Assembly: GCA_028706655.1 (NCBI GenBank)
Contig: JAQTVW010000002.1
Location: forward strand, 1 to 43,576
Direction of reading: 5' to 3'
DNA from: Dehalococcoidales bacterium
GTDB taxonomy: Bacteria; Chloroflexota; Dehalococcoidia; Dehalococcoidales; RBG-16-60-22
Length of the DNA stretch: 43,576 nucleotides
In this document: positions 11,212 through 19,581 of the stretch, one piece after another
How the letters are laid out: each line of letters starts with the position of its first letter
How positions within the stretch are numbered: position 1 is the first letter of the stretch
Position numbers and translations under genes: made by a program
The notes under the pieces: generated by a model
What the model was told of the DNA's origin: nothing
Seen by the model: only the letters and a program-made list of their open reading frames with translations
Databases searched by the model: none

Positions 11212-11289
11212 ACCCCTGACCTGTTAATCAAGGTCTGTGTGTTGTGCTCGTAATGGTCTTGTAAAACCAATCTTGAAAGGTGATTGTGG

Positions 11290-11871
11290 ATGCCTGAATT
11301 GACTGATAGAGTCGGCGAAGTGGTGGAAGCCGGGACGACTTCCTGCATCGCCCAGTGCTACGAGCTTTACGAAGCTCCGCCGCTGGGCAGCCTCGTGCGT
11401 ACCGGAGACATCTACGGCATTGTTTCCCACGCCGCCACCACCGGGCTGGAGCCGGGCAGACACCCCATCGCGCGGGGCAAAGACGCCGCCAGCGAAGAAG
11501 CCGTCTACAAGGACAATCCCCAGTTAAACAAGCTGTTCCGCAGCGAGTTCGGCGTGCTGGTAGTGGGGCACCGCAGCGGCGAAAAGATATGCCAGTACCT
11601 GCCGCCGGGAACGGCGCGGATTCATGGATTCGTCTACCGCTGTCCGGCAGAAGAAGTCAAGACGTTCAGCCGCTCCTTAAACTTTCTCAACATGATGATT
11701 AACGCCGAGCTGCCGGTCTCCGCCGAAGAACTGATTGCCGCCGCACTGCGCGGGATGAGCGCGGTGCAGGACGACCCGCATCAATTCCTCATCGCCGCCG
11801 GTAAAGAACTGGCGGTCCTGCTGAGCGGGCAGTACCCGCGCCTGCGGGCTATCGCGGGGAGGCTGTCATGA
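11290..11871 (+). CDS. hypothetical protein whose N-terminus resembles a HerA-type HAS-barrel (no ATPase domain)
   Basis: RVGEVVEAGTTSCIAQCYELYEAPPLGSLVRTGDIYGIVSHA parallels the N-terminus of the next gene (RLGMVVGGSLDKGVDIRLD..MAVGRYVTIEGQRRRFLGMITDV). The SD-like AAAGGTGA lies 7 nt upstream. The stop overlaps the next start (ATGA at 11868-11871). Confidence 0.7.
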   Translation: MPELTDRVGEVVEAGTTSCIAQCYELYEAPPLGSLVRTGDIYGIVSHAATTGLEPGRHPIARGKDAASEEAVYKDNPQLNKLFRSEFGVLVVGHRSGEKICQYLPPGTARIHGFVYRCPAEEVKTFSRSLNFLNMMINAELPVSAEELIAAALRGMSAVQDDPHQFLIAAGKELAVLLSGQYPRLRAIAGRLS

Positions 11872-13469
11872 CGGAACGACTGGGCATGGTGGTCGGCGGC
11901 TCGCTGGACAAGGGCGTCGATATCCGGCTGGACAGCGCTATCTCCGTTGAAGACATGGCGGTAGGGCGCTACGTTACTATCGAAGGGCAGCGCCGCCGCT
12001 TCCTCGGCATGATTACCGATGTTTTACTGGGCGTTACCGACCAGCAGATGACACTCACGCCGCCCGGCGCCGGTGAATCTTTCCTCACCGAGGTGCTCAC
12101 CGGCACAGGGACTTACGGCACGATTCATGTTACCCCTTACCTGACCATCGGCGGGAGCGCCGCCAATGTCCTCGGGGAAGGCGAGCCGGTCAAGACCGTG
12201 CCGAGCCATTTTGCACCGGTCAACCTCGCCGCCGAGGCGGATATGGAACTCGTCTTCGGCAAAGAAGACCAGAAGCGGTTCTGGATTGGCAATCCGCTGG
12301 ACATGGAGACGCGCCTCTGCCTGAACCTTGAGGAATACGTCAAGCGCTCCAACGGCATCTTCGGCAAGAGCGGCACGGGCAAGACCTTCCTCACGCGCAT
12401 CCTGCTGGTCGGCATGCTGCAAAAGAGCCGCGCCGTGAACCTGATTTTCGATATGCACAACGAGTATGGCTGGGCGGGCACCAGCGAGGGCGGCAAGTCC
12501 GTCAAAGGCTTGAAGCAACTGTTCCCCTCGAAGGTTGCCGTCTTTACCCTGGACGAGGAAAACTCGCGCCACCGCGGCGTCAGCACCGATTTCGTCGTCC
12601 GCATCGGCTACGATGAGATTGAGCCGGAAGATATCGCCCTGCTGCGCCAGACCCTGAACCTCACCGAGCTTGCCGCCGAAGCGGTGTACAGCCTGCGCCG
12701 CCACTTCGGGCGCAACTGGCTCCAGGCGTCGCTGGAGATGAAGGATGAAGAGTCCGCTGATATGCTGGAGCACCTCAATATCCACGAAAGCAGCTTCCAG
12801 AGCCTGCGGCGCGGCTTGCAGACCATTACCCGTCTGCCTTTCGTGCAGCCCAAGGCGCAGGAAAACATCGTCAGCCGAATTCTCGCCTACCTCGACCAGG
12901 GCATGAATGTAGTGCTGGAGTTCGGCAGATACCGCGATATTACCGCCTACATCCTTGTCGCCAATATGCTCTCGCGGCGCATCTACGCCCAGTACCAGGA
13001 ACGCACCGAGAAAGCCCTCTCGGATGAGAAAATCGCCAAGCCGGTGCCGCTGGTCATCACCATCGAGGAAGCACATAAGTTCCTCAACCCGGAAGTGGCG
13101 GGCAAGACCATCTTCGGCACCATCGCCCGTGAAATGCGCAAATACAACGTCAGCCTGCTCATCATCGACCAGCGCCCCAGCGGCATCGATGAAGAGGTGC
13201 TATCGCAAATCGGCACCAAGATAACCTATCTGCTGGACAATGAGCGTGACGTGGACAGCGTCCTTTCCGGTGTCTCCGGTAAAACGGCTCTGAAATCGGT
13301 ACTGGCGCGCCTCGCGCCCCGGCAGCAAGCCCTTATTTTCGGACATGCGGTGCCGATGCCGGTCGCCTTCCAGCCGCGGGAATACGGCTCGGCGCAATCA
13401 TACAAAGAATTCTCTGAAGGACGGGCGGAAGCTCCCGCTCCGAAAGACATCGAAGATTTATTTAAATAA
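11868..13469 (+). CDS. HerA/FtsK-superfamily (DUF87-type) ATPase
   Basis: N-terminal barrel, Walker A GKSGTGKT, Walker B-type VPLVITIEEAHKF, and a second acidic patch SLLIIDQRPSGID. Confidence 0.85.
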   Translation: MTERLGMVVGGSLDKGVDIRLDSAISVEDMAVGRYVTIEGQRRRFLGMITDVLLGVTDQQMTLTPPGAGESFLTEVLTGTGTYGTIHVTPYLTIGGSAANVLGEGEPVKTVPSHFAPVNLAAEADMELVFGKEDQKRFWIGNPLDMETRLCLNLEEYVKRSNGIFGKSGTGKTFLTRILLVGMLQKSRAVNLIFDMHNEYGWAGTSEGGKSVKGLKQLFPSKVAVFTLDEENSRHRGVSTDFVVRIGYDEIEPEDIALLRQTLNLTELAAEAVYSLRRHFGRNWLQASLEMKDEESADMLEHLNIHESSFQSLRRGLQTITRLPFVQPKAQENIVSRILAYLDQGMNVVLEFGRYRDITAYILVANMLSRRIYAQYQERTEKALSDEKIAKPVPLVITIEEAHKFLNPEVAGKTIFGTIAREMRKYNVSLLIIDQRPSGIDEEVLSQIGTKITYLLDNERDVDSVLSGVSGKTALKSVLARLAPRQQALIFGHAVPMPVAFQPREYGSAQSYKEFSEGRAEAPAPKDIEDLFK

Positions 13470-13496
13470 CACATCCGTAGTGTCTGAAAACCGGAG

Positions 13497-13580
13497 TTGT
13501 CACCCTGAGCGCAGCGAAGGGTCTCATCCTCGTGAAAGATAATGAGATTCTTCGGTCGTTGCGCTCCCTCAGAATGACAA
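13497..13580. repeat. palindromic intergenic repeat, variant B (GTCACCCTGAGCG..GCGAAGGG type)
   Basis: The left arm TTGTCACCCTGAGCGCAGCGAAGGGTCTC is reverse-complementary to the right arm GAGATTCTTCGGTCGTTGCGCTCCCTCAGAATGACAA. It begins 28 nt after the HerA stop. Confidence 0.7.
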
Positions 13581-13602
13581 TGCAATAAATCAAAACAGGA
13601 GT

Positions 13603-14424
13603 GTGATTTTGCGGAAGAAGGTCGGGCTGGCGCTGGGCAGCGGGGCTGCCAAGGGTATGGCGCATATCGGGGTGCTGGAAGTCTTCCAGAAAGAAGGCAT
13701 CCCGATTGATTTCATCGCCGGGACCAGCATCGGCGCGGCGATTGGCGCAATTTATGCCCACAGTCAGGACGCCACCGCTCTTAAAATGAGGGTACTGGAA
13801 CTTACGCCGAGCAAGCTCGCCCGGCTGATTGACCCGGCAATGCCCAAGAGCGGCTTTCTCAAGGGCAGAAAAATCAAGGACCTGCTGGCGTCTTTTCTCG
13901 ATGGTGCTGTCCGTTTCGGCGACCTGGCGATACCTTTCGCCTGCGTGGCGGCGGATATCGATACCGGCGAAGAAGTCATCTTCGAGCGAGGCTCTCTGCT
14001 GGAAGCCGTGCGCGCGAGCATATCCATCCCGGCGGTATTTACCGTGGCGAAAGCCCGGGGCAGAAACCTGGTGGACGGGCAACTGGTGGATCCCGTGCCG
14101 GTAGACGTGGTGCGGAAAATGGGCGCCGAATTTGTCATCGCGGTGAATGTCATTCCTGATATGCACACCAGGGTCGCGGCGGCGGACGGCAGCCCCGGCG
14201 AAAAACAGCAGGAGCCGAGACTCATGTATGTCATGATGCAGTCTCTTTACATCGCCACTTACAAGCTGGCGCGTACCGCCATGGAAGGCGCCGATGTCAT
14301 CATTGAGCCGCCGGTGGCAGGCATCGGTTCCGGCGATTTTCACCGCGCTGAAGAGTGCATTTTACAGGGAGAGCTTGCCGCCGAAGATGCTGTCATAGAG
14401 ATAAAGCGGCGACTCGGTCTGTAA
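13603..14424 (+). CDS. patatin-like phospholipase
   Basis: GSGAAKG oxyanion motif, GTSIG serine nucleophile, VDGQLVDPVP Asp dyad motif. GTG start with AGGAG upstream. Confidence 0.9.
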   Translation: MILRKKVGLALGSGAAKGMAHIGVLEVFQKEGIPIDFIAGTSIGAAIGAIYAHSQDATALKMRVLELTPSKLARLIDPAMPKSGFLKGRKIKDLLASFLDGAVRFGDLAIPFACVAADIDTGEEVIFERGSLLEAVRASISIPAVFTVAKARGRNLVDGQLVDPVPVDVVRKMGAEFVIAVNVIPDMHTRVAAADGSPGEKQQEPRLMYVMMQSLYIATYKLARTAMEGADVIIEPPVAGIGSGDFHRAEECILQGELAAEDAVIEIKRRLGL

Positions 14425-15069
14425 ATGATGCACTGGTTCTATTACGGCGGCAGGGTGATATCGTGGACAGCGCTTACGCTATTCGCACGCTGGCAGGTCA
14501 CCGGGCGGGAAAACGTCCCGAAAAAAGGTCCGCTGCTTATCGTCGCCAACCATCTTAATCTCTCCGACCCCTCCATTGTGGCAATGAGCGTGGGTCGCCG
14601 GATGGTCTTCATGGCTAAGGACGAGCTTTTCCGCAAGCCGTTCCCCCGCTATTTCATCCGCGGCTTCGGGGCGTTCCCGGTGCGGCGGGGCGCGCTCAAC
14701 CGGGAGGCGTTCAAAGAGGCGGAAAACTGGCTGAATAAAGATGTCGCCCTGGTCATGTTCCCCGAAGGGGGACGCAGCCGCGATACCAAGTTGATGACAC
14801 CATTTCCCGGCTCGGTGATGATTGCCACGAAGCTGAATGTACCGATACTGCCGGTGGGCATCGCGGGTTCGGAAAGTGTAGGCGGCAGATTCTGGTGGTT
14901 GAAGCGGCCCCGCATCACCGTAAAAATCGGCAAGCCTTTCTCTTTGCCGCCCGTTTATGGTAAGTTAGAAAAAGAGGAGCGCGCCAGGCTGGCGGATTAT
15001 ATCATGGAGCACATCGCGGCTCTATTACCGCGCAAATACCGGGGCGAATATGGCAAACATCGAAATTGA
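14425..15069 (+). CDS. plsC: 1-acyl-sn-glycerol-3-phosphate acyltransferase
   Basis: HX4D motif NHLNLSD and FPEGGRS motif. The ATG directly follows the patatin TAA. Confidence 0.88.
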   Translation: MMHWFYYGGRVISWTALTLFARWQVTGRENVPKKGPLLIVANHLNLSDPSIVAMSVGRRMVFMAKDELFRKPFPRYFIRGFGAFPVRRGALNREAFKEAENWLNKDVALVMFPEGGRSRDTKLMTPFPGSVMIATKLNVPILPVGIAGSESVGGRFWWLKRPRITVKIGKPFSLPPVYGKLEKEERARLADYIMEHIAALLPRKYRGEYGKHRN

Positions 15070-15898
15070 AAAAGCGGGCAAGACCGGATTCTGTTTCGGG
15101 GTAAGGCGCGCCATCAACACTCTGGAGAAAGTTGCCCGCGAACGCGGCGGGGTGGAGACGCTGGGTGCGGTGGTGCACAATGAACAGGTGCTGCAAAAGC
15201 TTGCCGAACTCGGCGTGCGGGTTGCCGGCGGTATGGCGGATATCATGGGCGATGCCGTCGTCACCAGTTCGCACGGGGTAAGCCCCCAGGTGGAAGAGGA
15301 ACTGCACGCCCGGGGCATCACCGTCATCAGTACCACCTGCCCTTTCGTCAAACGCGCCCAGATGGCGGCGCGGCGGTTGTCCGAAGCGGGCTTTTTCATC
15401 ATCGTCTATGGCGATGCGGAACATCCCGAAGTCAAAGGTATTCTGGGCTGGGCGAAAGGCAAGGGCATCGCCACATTAGGAGCGCAGGCGATTACGGCGC
15501 TCGACCCGTTGCCGCGCCACATCGGTATTCTTTCCCAGACCACGCAAATTCCTGCCCAGTTCGTTGCCTTCGTCAAACAGGTCATTGACCGTGCCCTGAC
15601 TAAAGATTCGGAAATCCGCATCATCGATACCATTTGCCACGATATCCGGGAGCGGCAGACCGCCGCGCTGGAACTTGCTAAGAGGGTCGACCTGATGCTG
15701 GTCATCGGCGGGCGGCACAGCGCCAATACCCGCCACCTCGCCGAACTCTGCGCCACGGCGACGCGTACCCACCAGATTGAGACTGCCGCCGAAATAAAGC
15801 CGTCCTGGCTGAAGAATTGCCGGAGCATCGGCGTTACCGGCGGCGCTTCCACTGCCGAAGAAACGGTGGCAGAGGTCATGGAAAGACTCTCGGATTGA
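15050..15898 (+). CDS. ispH: 4-hydroxy-3-methylbut-2-enyl diphosphate reductase
   Basis: Three cluster cysteines in GFCFGVRRAI, TTCPFVKR and TICHDIRERQ. Overlaps the plsC end by 20 nt. Confidence 0.93.
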   Translation: MANIEIEKAGKTGFCFGVRRAINTLEKVARERGGVETLGAVVHNEQVLQKLAELGVRVAGGMADIMGDAVVTSSHGVSPQVEEELHARGITVISTTCPFVKRAQMAARRLSEAGFFIIVYGDAEHPEVKGILGWAKGKGIATLGAQAITALDPLPRHIGILSQTTQIPAQFVAFVKQVIDRALTKDSEIRIIDTICHDIRERQTAALELAKRVDLMLVIGGRHSANTRHLAELCATATRTHQIETAAEIKPSWLKNCRSIGVTGGASTAEETVAEVMERLSD

Positions 15899-16013
15899 GC
15901 GGTTTTTAATTCAGCCCGCGGTGCTTGACAGCCTGCACCCGTCTTTGTTTAGATATAGTGTCATCCTGAGCTTTATTTTTTGTTGACTTTGGGGAGTTGA
16001 GAGGAGTTTAAGC

Positions 16014-17171
16014 GTGGAGTATTTTTTAACCGAGCAGCAAAAGACGATTAAAAGCCTCGCGCGGCGGGTCGCCGAAGAGCGTATCCTGCCCGTGCGCGCC
16101 GAGCTTGATGAAAAAGAGGAATTCCCCTGGGAGATTATCCGGGACCTGGCGGCGGCGGATATGTTCCGCGTCTTTATTCCGGCGGAGTATGATGGTCTGG
16201 GCGGCGGCGTCCTGGATTTAGTCCTCGTGGTGGAAGAACTCAGCCGCGTGTGCAGCGGCGTCGCCGTAAGCTATGCCGCCAGCGGACTGGGCTGCTTTAC
16301 CCTGATGGACTTCGGAACTGAAGAACAGAAAAAGAAATACCTGCCGGACATCGCTGCAGGCAAGAAACTGACCGCCTTCGCGCTGACCGAATCGACGGCA
16401 GGCAGCGATGCCGGTGCCATCCGCACCACCGCGGAAAAAGTGCCCGGCGGCTACTTACTCAACGGGACAAAACAGTTTATTACCAACGGCGGCGAAGCGG
16501 AACTCTATACCGTCATCGCCCTCACGGACAAAACCAAGGGCGCGCGCGGCGCCAGCACCTTCATCGTGGAGAAGGGCACGGAAGGTTTCACCTTCGGCAA
16601 GAAAGAAAAGAAGATGGGCATCCGCTCCTCGGCGACGCGGGAACTGGTCTTCCGCAACTGCTTCGTCCCGGAAGCCAATCGCATCGGCAAAGAAGGCATG
16701 GGCTTTATCATGACCATGAAACTGCTCGACCGCTCCCGTCCCGGCATCGGGGCGCAGGCGGTGGGGCTGGCGCAGGGCGCGCTGGAAGCGGCGCTGGAAT
16801 ACGCCGGGACGCGCGTGCAGTTCGGGCATCCCCTCACGGCGCTGGCGGTCGTCCAGGACATGCTGGCGGAGATGGCAATCCAGGTCGAAGCGGCGCGGTT
16901 GCTCGTCTACTCGGCGGCGAAAACGGCGGATGCCGGCGCCCGTAGCTATACCGAAGAATCGGCGATGGCGAAGGTCTTTGCCTCGGATGTCGCCATGAGA
17001 GTCACCACGGACGCCGTGCAGATTTGCGGCGGCGCCGGTTATATGAAAGACTATCCGGTCGAGAAGATGATGCGCGATGCCAAGATTACCCAGATTTACG
17101 AGGGTTCCAACCAGGTACTGCGCAACGCCATCTTCTTCGAACTGCGCAAGCGGAAGGCACAGCGGGCATGA
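16014..17171 (+). CDS. acyl-CoA dehydrogenase (butyryl-CoA dehydrogenase-like), copy 1
   Basis: FALTESTAGSDAG and QICGGAGYMKDYPVEKMMRDAKITQIYEGSNQV. GTG start. Confidence 0.92.
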   Translation: MEYFLTEQQKTIKSLARRVAEERILPVRAELDEKEEFPWEIIRDLAAADMFRVFIPAEYDGLGGGVLDLVLVVEELSRVCSGVAVSYAASGLGCFTLMDFGTEEQKKKYLPDIAAGKKLTAFALTESTAGSDAGAIRTTAEKVPGGYLLNGTKQFITNGGEAELYTVIALTDKTKGARGASTFIVEKGTEGFTFGKKEKKMGIRSSATRELVFRNCFVPEANRIGKEGMGFIMTMKLLDRSRPGIGAQAVGLAQGALEAALEYAGTRVQFGHPLTALAVVQDMLAEMAIQVEAARLLVYSAAKTADAGARSYTEESAMAKVFASDVAMRVTTDAVQICGGAGYMKDYPVEKMMRDAKITQIYEGSNQVLRNAIFFELRKRKAQRA

Positions 17172-17953
17172 ACATCGTCGTCTGCCTGAAACAGGTGCCC
17201 GGCACTACCGAGGTTAAAATCGACCCCAAGACCAACACCCTCGTCCGGCAGGGGGTCAAGGGCATCATCAATCCGCTGGACACCTACGCGCTGGAAGAGG
17301 GCGTGCGCCTGAAGGAAAGATTTGGCGGCGAGGTAACCGTCATCACGATGGGACCGCCGCAGGCAGCCGAGATGCTGCGCGAGGCGATTTCCCTCGGCGC
17401 GGACAAAGCCGTACTTTTCAGCGACGGCGCTTTTGCCGGGGCGGATACCCTGGCGACCTCTCTCACTCTAATGGCGGCAATCAGAAAATTGGGAGCCTGC
17501 GATGTGGTCATTTGCGGGCGGCAGACCATCGATGGCGATACCGGGCAGGTTGGTCCCGAGCTGGCAGAGATGCTGGGCGTCGCCTTCGTCGCCTATGTCA
17601 GCAAGGTGGAAGATATTACCAGCGGAACGATGCGCGTCCGCCGTATGATTGAAGAAGGGCATGAGGTCATGGCAGCGTCTTTGCCTGCATTGATTACCGT
17701 GGTCAAAGAGATTAACGTGCCGCGCTTGCCTTCCCTGCGGGGCATTGCCAAGTCTAAAACAGTGCAGATACCAACCTGGACTGCCCAAGACCTGGGCATC
17801 GACCCGAATGTTGTTGGGCTGGCAGGCTCGGCAACAAGAGTGGTCAAGGTGTTCACCCCTCAGCGCGTTTCCCGGGGTGAGGTGCTGAGCGGCGATTTGG
17901 CGGCGCAGGTGGATACCGTGGTGAGCAAGCTGAAATCTGCGGGGCTGATTTAG
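17168..17953 (+). CDS. etfB: electron transfer flavoprotein beta subunit, copy 1 (no adjacent etfA)
   Basis: MNIVVCLKQVPGTTEVKIDP.., AFAGADTLATS, GRQTIDGDTGQVGP. The ATG at 17168 overlaps the ACAD TGA (ATGA); the track ORF's upstream extension is out-of-context overlap. Confidence 0.9.
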   Translation: MNIVVCLKQVPGTTEVKIDPKTNTLVRQGVKGIINPLDTYALEEGVRLKERFGGEVTVITMGPPQAAEMLREAISLGADKAVLFSDGAFAGADTLATSLTLMAAIRKLGACDVVICGRQTIDGDTGQVGPELAEMLGVAFVAYVSKVEDITSGTMRVRRMIEEGHEVMAASLPALITVVKEINVPRLPSLRGIAKSKTVQIPTWTAQDLGIDPNVVGLAGSATRVVKVFTPQRVSRGEVLSGDLAAQVDTVVSKLKSAGLI

Positions 17954-17981
17954 TATCAGAGGGTTTTCCGAAAAACAAGAT

Positions 17982-18061
17982 TTGTCACCTGAGCGAAGCG
18001 AAGGGGCTTGTTCTCCAAAAGCGATACGAGATTCTTCGTCGCTACGCTCCTCAGAATGACA
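17982..18061. repeat. palindromic intergenic repeat, variant B
   Basis: TTGTCACCTGAGCGAAGCGAAGGGGCT ... GAGATTCTTCGTCGCTACGCTCCTCAGAATGACA. Near-identical arms to 13497-13580. Confidence 0.7.
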
Positions 18062-18083
18062 CTGACCAGAACCGCAATAAAAC

Positions 18084-18533
18084 TTAAACCTTCTTGCCCC
18101 CGGCAATTCCCTTCGCCCATGCAGACGCCCTCTCGGTTTCGCCGTCAGCCAGCGGGCCTTCCCGCCCTTTCACGATGAAGCCCTCTGATGCCACCAGGTC
18201 GCCGCCCTTGCCTTTCAGAGCATCCGCGATACGCCCGGCGGCATAGCCGAACAGTTTGGCGATAAGGATTTTCATCCGGGTATCGAAAGTAGCCACCTGC
18301 ACATTTTTCAGACTTTTAGCGGGGATTTTATCCAGGAATTCCTGCATCGGGGGTGTCGGTCTGCCGCCCTGCGTCGGCGCCCCGGCGATGAGCAGGTCTA
18401 CCGCTGCCAGGTCAGCGGCGTCCGCCTCGCTGGCGCGCAGTATTTTTACCTCGCCGGTAACTGCCCCGGCGATAGCCCTGGCGATTTTCTCGGTACTGCC
18501 ATAAACAGAATCGTACACAACTAAAGTTTTCAT
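18084..18533 (-). CDS. flavodoxin-like protein
   Basis: MKTLVVYDSVYGSTEKIARAIA FMN-phosphate loop; 149 aa. GGAGG lies 9 nt upstream. Confidence 0.8.
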   Translation of the reverse strand: MKTLVVYDSVYGSTEKIARAIAGAVTGEVKILRASEADAADLAAVDLLIAGAPTQGGRPTPPMQEFLDKIPAKSLKNVQVATFDTRMKILIAKLFGYAAGRIADALKGKGGDLVASEGFIVKGREGPLADGETERASAWAKGIAGGKKV

Positions 18534-18567
18534 CGGTGGACACCTCCGCTACCGGATTTCCATGCCC

Positions 18568-18594
18568 GCTCACCGTGAGCTTGTCGAAGGGTCG
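18568..18594. repeat. solo arm of the variant-B repeat
   Basis: GCTCACCGTGAGCTTGTCGAAGGGTCGG aligns with GTCACCCTGAGCGCAGCGAAGGGTCT of 13499-13524 at most positions. Confidence 0.35.
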
Positions 18595-18620
18595 GTACGA
18601 GCAGGTAATATTTTATCAAG

Positions 18621-19106
18621 TTAGTTCAACATCCACACGCTGACCGTAAGAGCCGAAGCGAAGCTGACCCACAGCAGGTAGGGCAGCATCAGCCAGGCAG
18701 CTGTCTTCGAGACTTTCATAAAGGCAAGCATGGTCAGCAGGATCGCGACCCACAGGACGGCAATAACTATCACGCCCCAGAGCGGCGATTTCAGCCCGAA
18801 AAAAACTGCCGACCATAATACGTTCAGGGCAAGCTGTACCATGAAAGTCACCATCGAGCCGCGCACCTGTTCATCATCCAGCCCTTTGCGCCAGACCAGG
18901 AAAGCGGCGATTGCCATCAGCAGGTAGAGCCCGGTCCAGACGGGTGCGAACAGCCAGCTTGGCGGTGTGAAGGCGGGCTTGTTAAGCGCTGCATACCACG
19001 TGGGAATGGCGGGAGTTGTAAAAACAGCGCCTAATAGTCCCGCGCCCTCGCAGATGATGATACTGGTCACCAGCTTGACGATGTCTTTCAATCTGCTGTT
19101 CTCCAT
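18621..19106 (-). CDS. tspO: TspO/MBR family tryptophan-rich sensory protein
   Basis: WYAALNKPAFTPPSWLFAPVWTGLYLLMAIAAFLVW. Start set at the ATG at 19106, with GGAGG 8 nt upstream; the track start is 19130. Confidence 0.88.
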   Translation of the reverse strand: MENSRLKDIVKLVTSIIICEGAGLLGAVFTTPAIPTWYAALNKPAFTPPSWLFAPVWTGLYLLMAIAAFLVWRKGLDDEQVRGSMVTFMVQLALNVLWSAVFFGLKSPLWGVIVIAVLWVAILLTMLAFMKVSKTAAWLMLPYLLWVSFASALTVSVWMLN

Positions 19107-19171
19107 CTTTATAACCTCCAAGTTGCGCAAATTATAACATATTTTGGTGCTGCCGCATATCCTTTCCCGTA

Positions 19172-19200
19172 TTGCAAATAGCGGTTAAATGACCTATAGT
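19172..19200 (+). promoter_or_regulatory. candidate sigma70-type promoter
   Basis: TTGCAA (19172-19177), 17-nt spacer, TATAGT (19195-19200), 36 nt upstream of the ATG at 19236. Confidence 0.4.
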
Positions 19201-19235
19201 TACCAGTAGAATGACTCCGTAGGGAGAAAGGCTGT

Positions 19236-19484
19236 ATGCCACAAGGGGATGGTCTTACCCTGCTCATCGTGGGAGCCGTGTTCGTCGTTCTCGGAATCAG
19301 CAGCTTTATCTGGGGCAAACGCGAGGAGAAGTCATACTTCACCGCCATGTCCAAGCGCCCGGATGACCTGAGAGAGTTCCTCGACCACTGGCCGCCCCGC
19401 CCCCAACCCGGAGCGCTCAAAATCGGCGGCTGGATCGCCATGGCTATCGGCGTTATCCTGGCAATCATGGGCTTCGCCGCCTAA
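19236..19484 (+). CDS. small two-TM membrane protein, 82 aa
   Basis: Two hydrophobic helices (LTLLIVGAVFVVLGISSFIW; IGGWIAMAIGVILAIMGF). GGGAGAAAGG upstream, and the candidate promoter above. Confidence 0.55.
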   Translation: MPQGDGLTLLIVGAVFVVLGISSFIWGKREEKSYFTAMSKRPDDLREFLDHWPPRPQPGALKIGGWIAMAIGVILAIMGFAA

Positions 19485-19581
19485 ATTTCGAGAAGACTCC
19501 GGTCAATGCTCTGAGTCGCAGAGTCAGCCTCAGACAGAGTCGTTGTCTCCGGAAATCAGCGCATTAAGCGTTGCATCTCCA

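Noticed and set aside
12024-13076. 350-aa minus-strand ORF. The same applies to 13462..14343, 41485..42684, 40331..41173, 8159..8992 and 9791..10528.
   Set aside because: All overlap, on the opposite strand, genes with strong family signatures (HerA-like, patatin, etfA/etfB, hom, PPIase), and none has a recognisable motif.
15925-15959. TTGACA followed by TATAGT upstream of the first acyl-CoA dehydrogenase
   Set aside because: The spacing is 23 nt (19 nt to an alternative TAGATA), outside the usual 16-18 nt, so it is too weak to call a promoter.
17468-18106. 212-aa minus-strand ORF spanning the etfB end and the intergenic repeat
   Set aside because: It reads through the palindromic repeat (giving the SEERSDEESR-type translation typical of such repeats) and runs antisense to etfB. 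It is an artefact.
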